DNA of 64,000 bases, taken from Hyphochytrium catenoides. Its lineage: Eukaryota > Protista > Hyphochytriomycota. The stretch's first letter is position 1. Each line of letters begins with the position of its first letter. The stretch is taken from assembly GCA_900088475.1 (NCBI GenBank), contig FLMG01003335.1, positions 1 through 64,000 of the forward strand, read 5' to 3'. The position numbers were made by a program, and so were the translations under genes. The notes under the pieces are model-generated. The model worked only from the letters and a program-made list of their open reading frames with translations. It searched no databases and was not told the origin of the DNA. Positions 40,897-53,466 of this stretch are shown here, one piece after another.

Positions 40897-41224
40897 CTAG
40901 CGATAGGGCTCCGCCTTAGGCTTGAAGGCTCGGTCGACATTGCCAAAGTGCTGGCTGCTCTTGGCTCTTCGACTGAGCTCCTCAGTGCCGGCCCGGGGCG
41001 GATCCTCAGGACAATCAGTCTGTTCTGATCTCTGCAGCTTGAAGATTCTGATGATATTTTCTATAATAGTAGCCTGGGGAATTAATGGATAATTGGCTGA
41101 CACATACTCCAGTGAGTGCGGAGTAGTAATACACCGCAATTCAAACTCTTCCTCCCGCCATGGTGACCGTTTGAGCAGCAGACCTTCACCGCCACGGGCT
41201 CTCACCACAAGCCCAAGTTCTCGC

Positions 41225-41257
<33 letters not shown>

Positions 41258-41982
41258 ACCTCTTCCTCCCATTGTCCTCCTCCTTACTTATCAATACAGC
41301 GCCCCCTTGTCAGTCAGAGCTTCCCGCCTCGGCCTGGTCTGAGGCTGCTGTGAGCTCTGGGGTTCATGGCGGAGGCGGAAGAAGCAAGAAGAGAAAGCGT
41401 CTTGCATAGTCGAATGGTGCAACAGCTGATCTCGCAAAGATTATCCTGCCTCCCCGTGCTGTCTCTATTATTTGGTAAGGCTTGAGATCTAAGACGAAGA
41501 GTGTCGCACATGCAAGTCGGTGGGGAGGGAAGGGAAAGGACAGCAGCGGCCCCACTACCGCGGTTAAACTAATGACAGGCCACGGTCCATCTACATACTC
41601 CTCCTTTATCAAGCTTGACACAAGAGTATCTTAGTATGGTGTCCCTGCTCTCGTCTTCTTCATTCTTACTTCTTTCTGCATCCTAAGGATTCACATCTAT
41701 CTTCGTAAGAAGGACGGACCCATTACTGCTGGCAACTCTTGGCCCCGTCCTTACTTGGTAGTCCCTGGCTAGTTTACTATCATGATGTCCCTCAACTTCC
41801 CAGTGGTGGGAGGAGGGGGGAAATGCTGACGATGTTGCTGCTCCTCCCACTAATCCCTTGAAGTTTGGCCGTACGAGCAAATCATGAGCATCACGAGCCG
41901 AAGATCTTACCAATAGCTTGAGTCTTCTCCTCCCTTTCGAAGGGTCATCATCGTCTCTTTGCGCGGTCGATCCGCCGTACAT
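40897..41982 (-). other. Hypothetical spliced gene or relic
   Basis: Protein-like exons (MYGGSTAQRDDDD..RDYQ|GTAAG; DAERSKNEEDE..; EEEFELRC..IIENIIRIFKLQ) without a recognisable family. A continuous frame could not be built. Confidence 0.3.
41226..41255. repeat. (GA)n microsatellite
   Basis: About 14-15 GA units. Confidence 0.95.
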
Positions 41983-42308
41983 AGTTACTCTTGAATCTCT
42001 TTTCCCTCTGAAGATACATCGCCCGCAGCAGGGAATGCTCACAGAAAGGCCGACCTAGCTTGTTGGCCTCTGGAAAGGCGAATGACAATGGCTAATGAGG
42101 CCGATCAACAACGCCTCTCTAACAGATAAGACAAGATGATTGATCAAATGGTGCTTTTCCTATTATTCAAGAGGAGCTTGTTGCTCGTCTTTTTCTATTA
42201 TCAAAAAGATACTGCAGCTAGGCAACATGATCTTTAGTTCAGCTACAACCTCTTCATGGTGCGACACGAGCAGAAGCTTGGCTTCACCACGACGTCCTAT
42301 GGCGGCGC

Positions 42309-43064
42309 TCACACCTTCATATATACCACCCCGTTACTCTCAGGGTTACCGACGACACCGGCCATCACTGGGGTGCCTCCTCCTATTACTGGAGCAGCCA
42401 CCAGGAAAACGTCGTTATCGTCGACTGTGAGAGATGTTGTCGCGGTATACTTGGGTGGCGGGCCACAAGAGGAGGAGGCGGAGGCACCTGAGTCTGGGAG
42501 GCGCCTGGATCCAACCTGCAACCCTAACTGAACCAAACTGCAGCACTGACAGAAGAGCGAGCACAGTACGTCTTCGGTGCAGTTTCCCGGTACTTGAAAG
42601 ATGCTCCGGACTCGCATTCGCAGCCAAAGAAGAAGTGCGAAGGCCAATCCGGTTGAACAAGCACCAAGTATGATAATAAGCTGAAGACTGGCAAACAGCT
42701 TCCCCATCGTATCTTCATCATCTTCTTCTGCATCATAGCAGGCTCTCCTCACCTCGTAGAACGAATAGCAGGACTTCGTGAAGTACCAGTCGTACACATA
42801 ATATCTTGCCGCGAGATTTGGAGCGACTACCAGCAACAGGTAAAGAAGCGCTGCCGTTCCGTAAGAGAGAGCGCCAATTCTGGCGCTGATCTGCCCAAAA
42901 GAGATGCAGGGACACCATAGTGCGATGCAGCAACCATCGCCACAACACGCATCATTCTTTGCCTCGGGGCGCCATTGACCAGTGACCGGGAGCGGGTACC
43001 CTTGTTCATCAACTGGCGTTGCTGGCTTGCTACTTGCATTAATTTCCGCTGCCGTCTGCTGCAT
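42309..43064 (-). CDS. PLAC8/CNR/PCR-family cysteine-rich membrane protein, intronless
   Basis: GQW..ACCGDGCCIALWCPCISFGQI..RMRVRSIFQVPGNCTEDVLCSLFCQCCSLVQL. Confidence 0.92.
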   Translation of the reverse strand: MQQTAAEINASSKPATPVDEQGYPLPVTGQWRPEAKNDACCGDGCCIALWCPCISFGQISARIGALSYGTAALLYLLLVVAPNLAARYYVYDWYFTKSCYSFYEVRRACYDAEEDDEDTMGKLFASLQLIIILGACSTGLAFALLLWLRMRVRSIFQVPGNCTEDVLCSLFCQCCSLVQLGLQVGSRRLPDSGASASSSCGPPPKYTATTSLTVDDNDVFLVAAPVIGGGTPVMAGVVGNPESNGVVYMKV

Positions 43065-45067
43065 CTTGGTAGTAGTTATACCGCAGGTGGTGCTCACTTG
43101 TGCTGCTGCTTATAGTGTCGATCGGCCGCAAGCCTTGTTGGTTGATGAATGGGGAGGATGGTGATTCAAGATAGAATGATAATCAGGACCCTTCTCCGTT
43201 GACAAGATAGGCAGTCGGCAAGCAAGCTCTTCTGCTCGCTCCTAAGGGCCTATCAATTGTCTGTCTCTTGTTAAGGAGATTCTACAGTGAGTCGAGGATT
43301 TGACACCAATGCTGAGGAGCGGGTAGGGAAGGACGCAGACCACCTACGCCTTCTTCCTTCCTGTGCTGCCACGCAGCCCAATAAAGGTGCCCTCTTCTGC
43401 TGGGTTGCCAGCCCGTCTTCCTTCCTCGACGTCCGAATAAGCAGGTTCGTCATCTTTTCTTGATGTAGGCAGCAGCAACGAGGAGGAGGAGGAGGAGAAG
43501 AAGACAAATGACAAGCACATAGCCGCTGGCTGTATCGCTCTCCGAGGATCCAGCAGAAGAGAGCGGATGCAATGATGCTGCTTGCTGCTGGTAGGAACCG
43601 GGGGAGCAAGGAAGTACTGGTACTCCATCCTTCTGGTCCAATGTGGACAATCTTCAGCAGTCAAAAATTCTCAACAGCCACCGATGGTCACCCTCCGACC
43701 CAAGCCCCGGCGCCATTATTGGCTTGAAAGTAGAATAAAGGTAGGGAGCTTCCTTCCTCCTTCACCGCTCGCCTTGCATCTCCCGTAGACCACTTTATCT
43801 TCCTCTGATCCTCTACCTTCTCCTGGTCCCTTTGCTCTTACATTGAGGGAGAGGACGATCGTCAAGCAATGAGAGCGCTTTAGGTTGGACAAGGAGCGGC
43901 CTCCGTTGCCCTTTCTGATTTATAATGACGGCTTTCTGATGTCACATGTAGAACACCCACCAAGAAGGTGTTACTCTTAGACCGATGACCAAAGAGAGAG
44001 TGGACGGGAGGACGAAGAGAAAAAGAACGAGGAGGTGTTAGCGGCTCCGTAGCGTCCAAGACAGACCCACAGCTCAGACATAGACGCAACTTCCCGTCTC
44101 CAAAGTCTCAGAAGTCGTCATTCTTCTTGGTCTGAGAACATTTATTCGAGGCTGTCAGAGGAAAGACAGAGAGAGAGAGAGAGAGTCGGCATGACCTTGG
44201 AGGTTATTGGCCATAGACCTGTCTTACCTACGGGCGGTAGGTCCTACTTCCTTACAGGGCCCTTATAGTACCGGCGAGGGCCATGAAGGCTCCTTCAGAT
44301 GGTGTTGGAAGTCACGAACCGCTCCTGCCCTTCCAGCTCTGACCATCACTAAAGAAGTCCACCGGGCTAGGACAGCTCCTAAAGTTTATGATGAAAAGAC
44401 CCACAGGTCCAGTTAGAGGGAAACCTACAGGCCAAAATGGCTGTTCGTTGGCCTTGTCACACCCTCCACCGGTATGGTCGTTAGCCTCGAACCTTGATGA
44501 AGAGAGTCTGTGACGGCAGTACGCTGAATAATGATGAATCTTTTTATCGGATTTGTACACGCCGAGTGCTCTGGGGGCTTGGCCATTCAGCTTCCTAGTG
44601 AGTCTCACCGCTCCCTAGAATTCAACCACATTTCGCCATGCCCATCGCTCTTGCTGCTCTTGTCCTCTTGCTCTGCGCCCGCGCGCCTGCTAGCTACTTT
44701 GGTGCTCGTATCCGCTGCCTGCTAAAGACGTCGCCTCGCATTGACTTCGTCCCAAGACAAGAGCTTTCCATGCAAAGAGGCTCAACAAGTGTTGCAGCGA
44801 CACTGCAACCTCCTCCGGTTATCGATCTCTCGTCATGTCTCTCTTTCACGAAGGTCTAAGAGTTGCTTGATTGAAGGTAATAGTACCTTGTGCCCTGGTC
44901 ACTAGAGCTCTACGAAACAAGAGCTTACAGAGCTCTATATGGACTTCCCAGCAGTGGGACTGCTGCCTTTACTTAGTGTTACCATCGTATGCTATCCTCA
45001 ATAAAGCGACAGCCCAGCTCATGCAGCAAACTGTTAATCACTCCCTTATAATGTGCTTGCATCCTAT

Positions 45068-48000
45068 CTACTTGGTTGGAGTTGGTTTTACACCGCCCGC
45101 CACCTTCGCACTTGGCGACGCTTTGCTGGCTGACGGTCCGACCTTGGCCTGGACTTTTCTCTCTGGAGTCCGCTTGACCGCTCCTGAGGCTTTAGGTGAG
45201 ACTTGTGCTGGCGCGGCCTCCTTAGCAACCTTCAGAGTGCGTGGCGAGGCTTTCGCTTTAGAGGGGTCCTGGACTGGTTTAGATGCACGAGTGGGTGAGA
45301 TCACACCCCCAGATGCTCCAGCCTTGGCCACACGGGAAGGGGAAAGAGGAGTAGTGCCCGCCTTCACAGGGGTAGTGCCCGCCTTCACAGATGGTCGCCT
45401 GACGGTGTCCGCCGGTGCTTTGCTTCCAGGAAGTGCTTTGCTGGCAGCTGCAGCCTTACTCACCACGGCAGATTTTCTTGAGGGTGAAGGTGTTCTCTTA
45501 CTCTCATTGTCACTCTTCCGAGCGCTTACCTTGGGAGAAGAGGATGGAACTGCGGCAACTTTTGCAGATGGCTTGGACTTTGACGGTGCCTTGGCAGCAT
45601 TACCAGGAGCTTTCGCCTTACTCGCGTCAGCTTTAGGTGCGGGACTTGATGACTTTGCTTGAGAGTCGACAATCTTAGCTCTGGAAGTAGATGAAGGGGA
45701 GAGAATCTTCTTTTTGTCCGCACTTGGGCTAGGAGACCCCTTCGTTATTCTTTTCGGAGAAAGAAGAGTAGACTTCTTTTCCTCTGCTGCGGCACCAGAC
45801 GCCGCTGACCTAGCAGAAGAGAGCAGGGACTTCTTCTGCTCAACCGCAGATGATGGAGGAGAAACATTTTCATCGGCGGCCGACGAGAGAGGGGCAGTGT
45901 TTTGTTCCCCCACAGACGGCACCTTTGCCGGTGAAGCAGGGGGCACCGTTTGCGTCCGCTCTACATCCTCTTCCTTGCGCGCTGGCTTAGGTTCAACTGG
46001 AGAGGCACCGCCAGTTGCACCGCCAGTTGAGGGTTCTGGTGCAGGAATCGAAGATGCGGATGATGGAGATATTGCTTTGCCCTTGAACTTTCCAGACTCT
46101 CCAGGTCCCTTTGGCCCTCCTCCAGCTTTCCTGGTCGCGGCTTTCTCCTCTGCAGCGCCTTCAACCTACCATCAGAAGAGATGTAAAGCGCTATGACTCA
46201 GTTCGCCCAATGGCCGGTCAAGAGCTGTATCTTATCTCCTATCCTCTTTGCAGGGTTACTCGTATAACTCGCCTCATACCTAAGCCTTACCTCAAGCTTC
46301 TTGAATAATATCTCGCCAATGCTCACGCTAGTGCCTGGAGTCAGATTCTGAAAGTTGGACTTCAAGTTGCTAATTCCTACAGCAGGCGTGTTCAACCTCT
46401 CGAAGATCTTTCCGCTGGCCTCAGGGAGGAAAGGTGAGAGAAAGTGCGCGATGACGTAGATCGCTTCCAGCACGGAACGCACAATTTGCTGTTGCGCTTC
46501 GTTATCCGAGAGGTGCCACGGCTCTTTCTCTGTCAAGTACCTACGAGCGTCACATGAATGAGAAAAAGTGTCGAGTGCTGTCTGAATGACTGTGATTTGC
46601 CCTCAAGATTGAGTTAGGAGCATGCGTAGGATATGCAGGCAGACATGACAACCGCAATGATCAGTAAATTAATGTAAGTGCGGGCAAGAGTTAGCAACAA
46701 GTCAGGAAAGACTAAAAGACGAAGGGGGTTTAGGTCTCCTCCTTCGCTTTCACGACCTACGCTTATAACCTTACTTATTCGTGTCCTTCGTGGCTTCGAC
46801 TGCGAACTCCGCAGCCTCTTGCAGCTGGAAGTGAAAGATGGCTTTGTCCGTCTCGTACGCTAAGCGCTGCACATCGAAGATAGTATCCGGCCTATGGGGA
46901 GGGACACAACCTCCACAGTATTTCTTTGTAAGGTTAACCACTCGATGGACCAAGTTCCCTGGAGAATAGGGTAGGAAAGGAAGTGATCAAGTTAGCCAGC
47001 AGGAATATCACTATCCACATAGAGGAAGCGTGTACTGATAGTAGCCGAGGTATGAAGCTCAGCAACCCCGATAACACCTCTTAAACGTGGTGCCCTCTAA
47101 AAAACATACCAAGAGTGTCCGCTAAGTCTGCATTATGCATCAAGATCAGGCCGGCCTCAGAGAAAGGCACATCCGCGCCGAAAGGTGATCCTCTCACGAC
47201 ATAGTACCGGATAGAGTCCGCTGCATATTTATTCTGCAGGGTAGCGTTACAGCGGCATAAGAAGAGGACGAATACGGAGGGGCTGACGAGAGGGGTGCTG
47301 AATTCGAAGCAATCGAAGCAACAAAGTGGACTTTAAGGGGCATAGAAATTAAGGCTCTAGCTAGCAGGCTGTCCCCATTAGGTTAGAGGATTGAAGGCAT
47401 AAGCAAATGCGAACCTATAAGGCGTCCAAGGGAGAGAGAGTAAAATGTGCGCCAGGAAGCAAGAATTTCGTGCTTTCCTGGCGTGTCTCTTGAACAAAGA
47501 GAGGCCTCAGCCCTAAAAAATCTATGAGGGAGGCCTTACCAGTATTTCGTTAGGGTCCACAGTGTTACCCAGGCTCTTGCTCATCTTGCGCCCATCTGCT
47601 GCGTTGACAAAACCATGGGCGAAGACAGCACGAGGTAACGGGATTTCGGCTGAGAGAAGAATACAGGGCCAGATCACAGTGTGGAACCATATGATGTCCT
47701 TGCCTACGGGGAAAAAATACTGGGTCATACTCAACGATAAGCATGCTCGGGCTCCTTAACAGCCTGAAACCTCTTCCTCCTCTGAAGCATACCTTTGTAG
47801 GCTATCTCCCTTTCTCTAACTTTCCGACACTATTGACTGCCTCGTACTCCAAATATTGTCCTTCAAAAACTCTCTCTTACCGATTATGTGCACGACGTTG
47901 TCCCACCACTTCTTGCCATCGTCACCGTCCCAGTAGTTGCAACCAGTGATGTAGTTTGTCAGAGCATCAAACCAGACGTACATGACATGCCTGAGGATAA

Positions 48001-50472
48001 CAATATTAGGCTACCACGGAGAGCGAAAGCGTTATCTATAACCTTTTATCAGAACCGTGAGTGAAGTGTCTCAGGAGAGGACTGATAACTTACTTTGGAT
48101 CATTCGGCACCGGCACTCCCCATGAGAAGGTCGTTCGCGACACCGAAAGATCAAGAAGAGGCTCCTCCAGCCTTTTCAAAATGAAGTCACGACGGTGCTC
48201 GGGCTGGATAAATTCTGGATTATCAAGGATATGTTGGCGCAGTTTGTCCTATGGCATTCGCTGAAGTAAGCCCTCAGAGCCAACGTCCGAGGATACACCG
48301 AGATTTTTACCTGATACTTGGACATCCTGAAAAAGTAAGAGGCTTCTTCCATTTTCTTCAATGGCTGACCATACTCATCCTTATAGTCATTTAGTTTCGC
48401 CTCACTCTCGGCCACAAACGCCTCCTCTCGGACATTATACCTAACATCGTGGTACAAAGAGGAGAGGGACATCAAAACGTAAGCATCCAACATCAAAACG
48501 TAAGCAATCCAACGTGGCGAGCTCTAAAACACGATAATAGGCCACTCTTACCATCCTACGTATTTGTCAAGAAAGACATCGCCCTTCTCAAAGCATCTAT
48601 TCCACATCTTGTGTACAGATGCGTAGTGCTCGGGCTGGGAGGTCCGGATGTACCTTGAAGGAGGAGGGAAAAGGAACTCTGGTCATTCATGGCAGGACTT
48701 CAACGCTCATAACAGAGAGAGAGTCACAACCTCAAATATGTGTGCATCAGAAAACCTTTCCTTACCGGTCATTAGAAATCCAAAGTCTCGCGTTAAGCTC
48801 TTGGAATTTCCCAGCATAAAAATCGCAAAGCTCAATCGGCTTCTTTCCATCCTTCTCAGCTGTGGTTGCAATCTTCTGCCCGTGCTCATCGGTACCTTGA
48901 GAACGAACGCTTCGTTACATTTGAGGAGGATAGCGTAGCGCTACCTTTACCTCGTTTCCTCTTTGGTTACCGTCTTCGCTCTGAATAAACATCTAGTTTG
49001 CTAATCTAAGGTATCCCTCCCTTACTCATCTCCCCATTCGTTGAACGGCTGTCGTGGTACCTGTAAGGAAGAAGGTCTCTCTCCCGAAGGCACGATGGTA
49101 CCGAGCGATAACATCTGTTGTTAACGCTTCATACGCGTGTCCAATGTGCGGAAGACCGTTCGTATAGTTGATCGCTGTGGTCACGTAGAAACGCTCTTGT
49201 TGCCTAGTAATGGCCACGCCAAAGGGCAAAATGCGAGAAGAAATGAACGGGGGTAAGTGGAGCACCGGTACGCCACACTCCCCGCCTTCCCTTTCCCTCT
49301 TTAAAGCCAGAGATGAATAGATACGTTAATTCGCCAGCAACCTACCGATAGGGCGTGACCTGGTAGATAGATTGTACGGTTTTGGGAATGGCAGTAGCAG
49401 CTCTGCTAAAGAAGCTTTGCGCACCAGCCACCTTATTACCAGCACTCGTCAGCGTGGTAATGTTCTGATAGAACGACACTATGCGGGGGAGGGCCGACAA
49501 AGATGGCTGGTCAATACTCTTTGTCGCCTACGTTTGAGGTGAAGGAGTTAGGTCACCTTAATGGGCGCGAGTTCTAAGGAGGAAAGCTGACTCACTGTTG
49601 GGGGAAGCACCATGAACAAGACTGCTGCAATTGCGATATCCGCGAGCGACAAAGCTCCCTAAGGATGACCATAGTGGAGAGAGAGTCAGGATGACACTAC
49701 GCCAGGACAGGCTGTATAGGCCAGTAGATTAGAGGACAAATAACAGGGTAGGATTTCCGACTTTGTAAAGCAAAAGGTTGGCACAAGCTTGAAGCAGCAG
49801 GGAAGAATAACAAGCCAATGCACGTCATGTCAAGTACAGCGGATGGACTAAAATCTACAAGGGAAACGCACCCCAGCTAAGTGGCCATTGTCCTCTAGCG
49901 CTTCCTCTAGAACATGCAACAGTCTCTTGAGATCACCTTCGCCAGTCTGTCATTCATGCCATTGTCAGTGTCAATACTCATGCTACTTCCGCCGGCTACT
50001 TACTGGCTTCCCCTCGAGGAAGGCATTCATGGCAGGAACCAGCCTGTTGGACGCGAGACATGTCAACTCACTCTCCTTCCTGTCACCACCAAAGGGCAGA
50101 ACGGACCTTTCTTCCTGCCATTGGAGCCAATGCTCCACCCCTAGGTCCCAGTGGATTGGGCTCTGCTCCAAGCTTGTGGACGCTACCTCTGCAATGTATC
50201 TACACACAGCATTGATGCCCCTGATGCTCGTCTTGCCATAGACTGGATCTGGGACACTAAGCCACGTTAACGATCCTAAGGGGTGCTCTGCATCTACATC
50301 TAAGGAGGACGTTAACATGGGCAAAGCAAGGTTTCTAACGGTGATAAACGTCCTTGCACTCACCCTTCGTCAGAATTACTGTGGGCTTGCCAAGAAGCTC
50401 TAGCGCCGCCAAGGTAGCTAAGCACTGCCGAAAGCGTTTGGGCGATGTGTCAGGATGGACGGTGCCGCCCAT
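45068..50472 (-). CDS. MARS: Methionyl-tRNA synthetase (MetRS1 type) with an N-terminal GST-like domain and a long basic Ser/Pro/Lys/Ala C-terminal tail
   Basis: [47 protein letters not shown] and [17 protein letters not shown]-like N-terminus ([27 protein letters not shown]). Last exon 46165-45068. Confidence 0.96.
45351..45390. repeat. 21-bp in-frame tandem duplication (VKAGTTP x2)
   Basis: gtagtgcccgccttcacag occurs twice with period 21. Confidence 0.9.
48469..48511. repeat. 21/22-bp intronic tandem duplication
   Basis: acatcaaaacgtaagcatcca / acatcaaaacgtaagcaatcca. Confidence 0.9.
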
Positions 50473-50541
50473 GCTGGTACCTACGGACTCGTACCTGTAT
50501 GGCTGCATGAGGCTCCGCGTTCTCTTTGACAACGTATATCT

Positions 50542-52080
50542 TCAGTCCTTCCCACATTGTCCTCTTCTCTTAACAATGTCTGAAGTCTGGGCAATCACTT
50601 TTTGTTTCTGCGTCCACTTCTTAAACTGTCTGCGTGCAGATGAACTCCTTCGGACGATGTCAAACGTACATTTCGCGAGGCTTTGAAGCTTGGTCAGCGA
50701 CAATGATGACTGCTTGAGAGGGATGGAGCACGAGGAGGACTGATGGGGGAAAGGATAACTATCGAAAGGGGAGGAGACAGAGCAAGAGGCAGTGCGGCCA
50801 GATACAGAGAGAGATAGGTAGTCTAGAAGGGCTAAGCAATAAAGCGGTACATAGTAGCGGCATTGTCGAGACAGATTGACGGGGGAGAGAGATAGAGCGT
50901 GAGAGAGATGGGACAAAGGAACGAGTGAGAGTGCAAATCTGGCCATAGATGCTGGATCCTCACCGTGGATATCTGGGTCTTTCGGGCGGGACCCAGTTTC
51001 TTTCCCACCACTATAAAAATCTCCTTGGGCGATGAATCTTTCTTTCATGAAGGAATCATTTGAAAAGTAAGAAGGAACCGTTGTTGAACGGTACAACATT
51101 ATAGATGAAGGTTTCATTAGCTTCATTCGTGGGGGGAATCTTCGCCCGTTATCGAGGTTGTGATGGACGGATCAGATGGAGATAGATCGTGGGAGGGAGG
51201 GAGAGAAAAGTGTTCGTGACAAGCACCTGCGCATGGCCGTCACTCTCAACCAGGAAGAAGAAGGTACAACCTGCTGCTAAGAAGAGTGAGCAGGACAACA
51301 TTTTCCTTGGTGCGTTGGAGGAAGCAAGGATCCTCTAGGTCTATGTAACCCTTTACTAATGCTGCGCAAGCTTCATCATTCCTCTTCTCAATCATACACA
51401 TAACATATATAAGAGGTTGTTTCAGCCTTACAGTCTTTTCATAGCATCGTGGCGAAGCGTAACAACACACCTTTTTCTAGTGGCTTATGTAGTCTATCTG
51501 AGAGGGAAAGAACGCATGATTGGGCCTCCTATTGATTTCATAGGCCTTGTTGTTGATTGTCAACATATTCCTGCATTGGCCCTGAGAAGTTATTTCCAAG
51601 GGCCTGTTTTTTTCTAAATAACAATCATTCACCCATCCAGACGACGGGTCGCTCACGAGAAAAGCTTAAACCGAACGAACAGTGGCGGTCCACCCTAGGT
51701 CTCATCCTGAGATTCTCCTGTGATCTACAGACCACTTGCCACGTTCAGAAGCTTCTCCTACTTCTATTGTTATATCTGGAAGAGGATATTAGTGTATTCG
51801 TTCCTTATCTCCCTTATTACGTCCAAGATCAGAAATTCTCCAGTGATGCGATGACTGTCTTTTGCAGAGGTCAATTAGGGCGACTGGCATTAGGTCCCTC
51901 TTCTTACCCGTGACCTCATGTTGTCTTCAGAAGAGGAAGAATAATGGCCCAGAAGCGATTTAGCCCCGGTAATATAGACGGCAATGAAAAAGCATCGGGT
52001 CATGACGCAGTAGTAGTAGAACGGGAAGAATACTCTCTTTTCCTTCAGTTGTCTCCCGCTGCAGCAGTATAAGCTCAACT
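50542..52080 (-). pseudogene. Decayed spliced gene of unknown family
   Basis: Exon-like blocks with donor/acceptor signals (e.g. RSR|GTAAG; NRPLEITSQGQCRNMLTINNKAYEINRRPNHAFFPSQIDYISH*KK|GT), but stops or frame breaks occur in each reconstruction. Confidence 0.35.
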
Positions 52081-53466
52081 TAGTGGTTGCCCAAGGCCCC
52101 TAGGTCTTCCTGGCACCGAAGTCTGGTCCTTCGTCGGCTGCATCCTCCCTTGCTTTAGCGCTCTAGTCAGCGAAAAGCAATTAAGACTCCGTGTTGAGCA
52201 AGTTGCAGTGCAGCAGCACTTCCTACTATCTGGGCTGGTATTTCTCCTGAAATGGATGGAATAGTCCCATTAGTGTCCGCTCAGCTCTACCTCGAAAGCT
52301 CCCTTCTACTCAAAAATGCTGCCCCGTGCGATACGCTCCATATATCCCAGGTAAAACTGCCGTGATTGGTGTTTGATAATAAGACAAGCGCTCCGCCTTT
52401 CAATTAGTCCTGGAAGAAGAGAATTCGTAACGATCGCCGCTCCTTCCTGGCTTCTAATAAGTTATAAACTCCCAGGCTCCTCCTCTATTCAACATGAGAA
52501 GCCAATCAAGGTACAGATCGTCATAAGAAAGGAGTCCACGGAGCAGCTGCAAATGAGGTTTGGTTAGGCTGATTGGCCATCGCCTGTGGGTGAGAACTCA
52601 AAGAACGCCACCAAGACTAACATTATTCTTCTGATAGGAAACCTTAGCAACTCGCTTTCCTCGCCTCAAGGAGATCCTATTTATTTGTTTGTACAAGGCA
52701 AGCTCTTCATCACGAAGATAGCTATGGTCGCTAACGGCTAGGCGATGAACTTTGGAGTTGTAACCTATCGAAGTATGGGTTTACCTTGTCTCCACCATCA
52801 GCGTACTACTACAGCCAGTCAATTAGGTCTTTACTAGTGTTACAGATGATAGACAATGCGTATTATTGCGTCCCCCAACCTCACGCCGCGATCCGGCATA
52901 TAAGAGCAGAATCGGGAGTTCTGACTGTCTGGCTCCCTTCGTCTTGATGGATCTCCTTCGTTGCCTGCAGCGTCGCAGAGGATTTGTCAGTACCTTGATG
53001 AGGACTGAGGACTGAGTGCTCTCCTTTGTAAGGCTCCAGTGTGGTCAGCTCTAACAGACACTTGGCAGTCTCTTCTAACAGAGTTCATTCTCTAGCCTCC
53101 GAGCACGTTGACCAGCGTCTATCTGTGGGTTCATTCCGCTCCCTAAGTGCCTAACTCTGAACCACCAGCCATGAACTCTGGAAAATTACTACTCTCACGA
53201 TGTGGCACTGCCTTACAGCCGGTCTCAGCAGCTGTGAAACGCACTACCCGCACTTCTGTCCTTCCTAGGCGGCTATCTACCTCCAAGGTAAATCAGGGCA
53301 AGCCGAGCTCCACCTTTAGGTAGGCAATAGTTACGCGTTGGGCATGGGGATAGCCTCTCACTAGGTTCCTGATAGTTCCAGAGCTCTCGGTGCTGTCGCT
53401 GTGCTGGGTTTAGGTGGAGGTCTGGTGGCTTATGCCGCAGAGGCTGACCCTCCACCACAGAAGCAC

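Noticed and set aside
44188-44300. Hairpin cluster with CTTACCT as a U1 snRNA
   Set aside because: It lacks the U1 loop I and Sm motifs; CTTACCT is the complement of a minus-strand donor site.
44871-46196. Long plus-strand ORFs (263 aa and 160 aa)
   Set aside because: Antisense shadows of the low-complexity MetRS tail.
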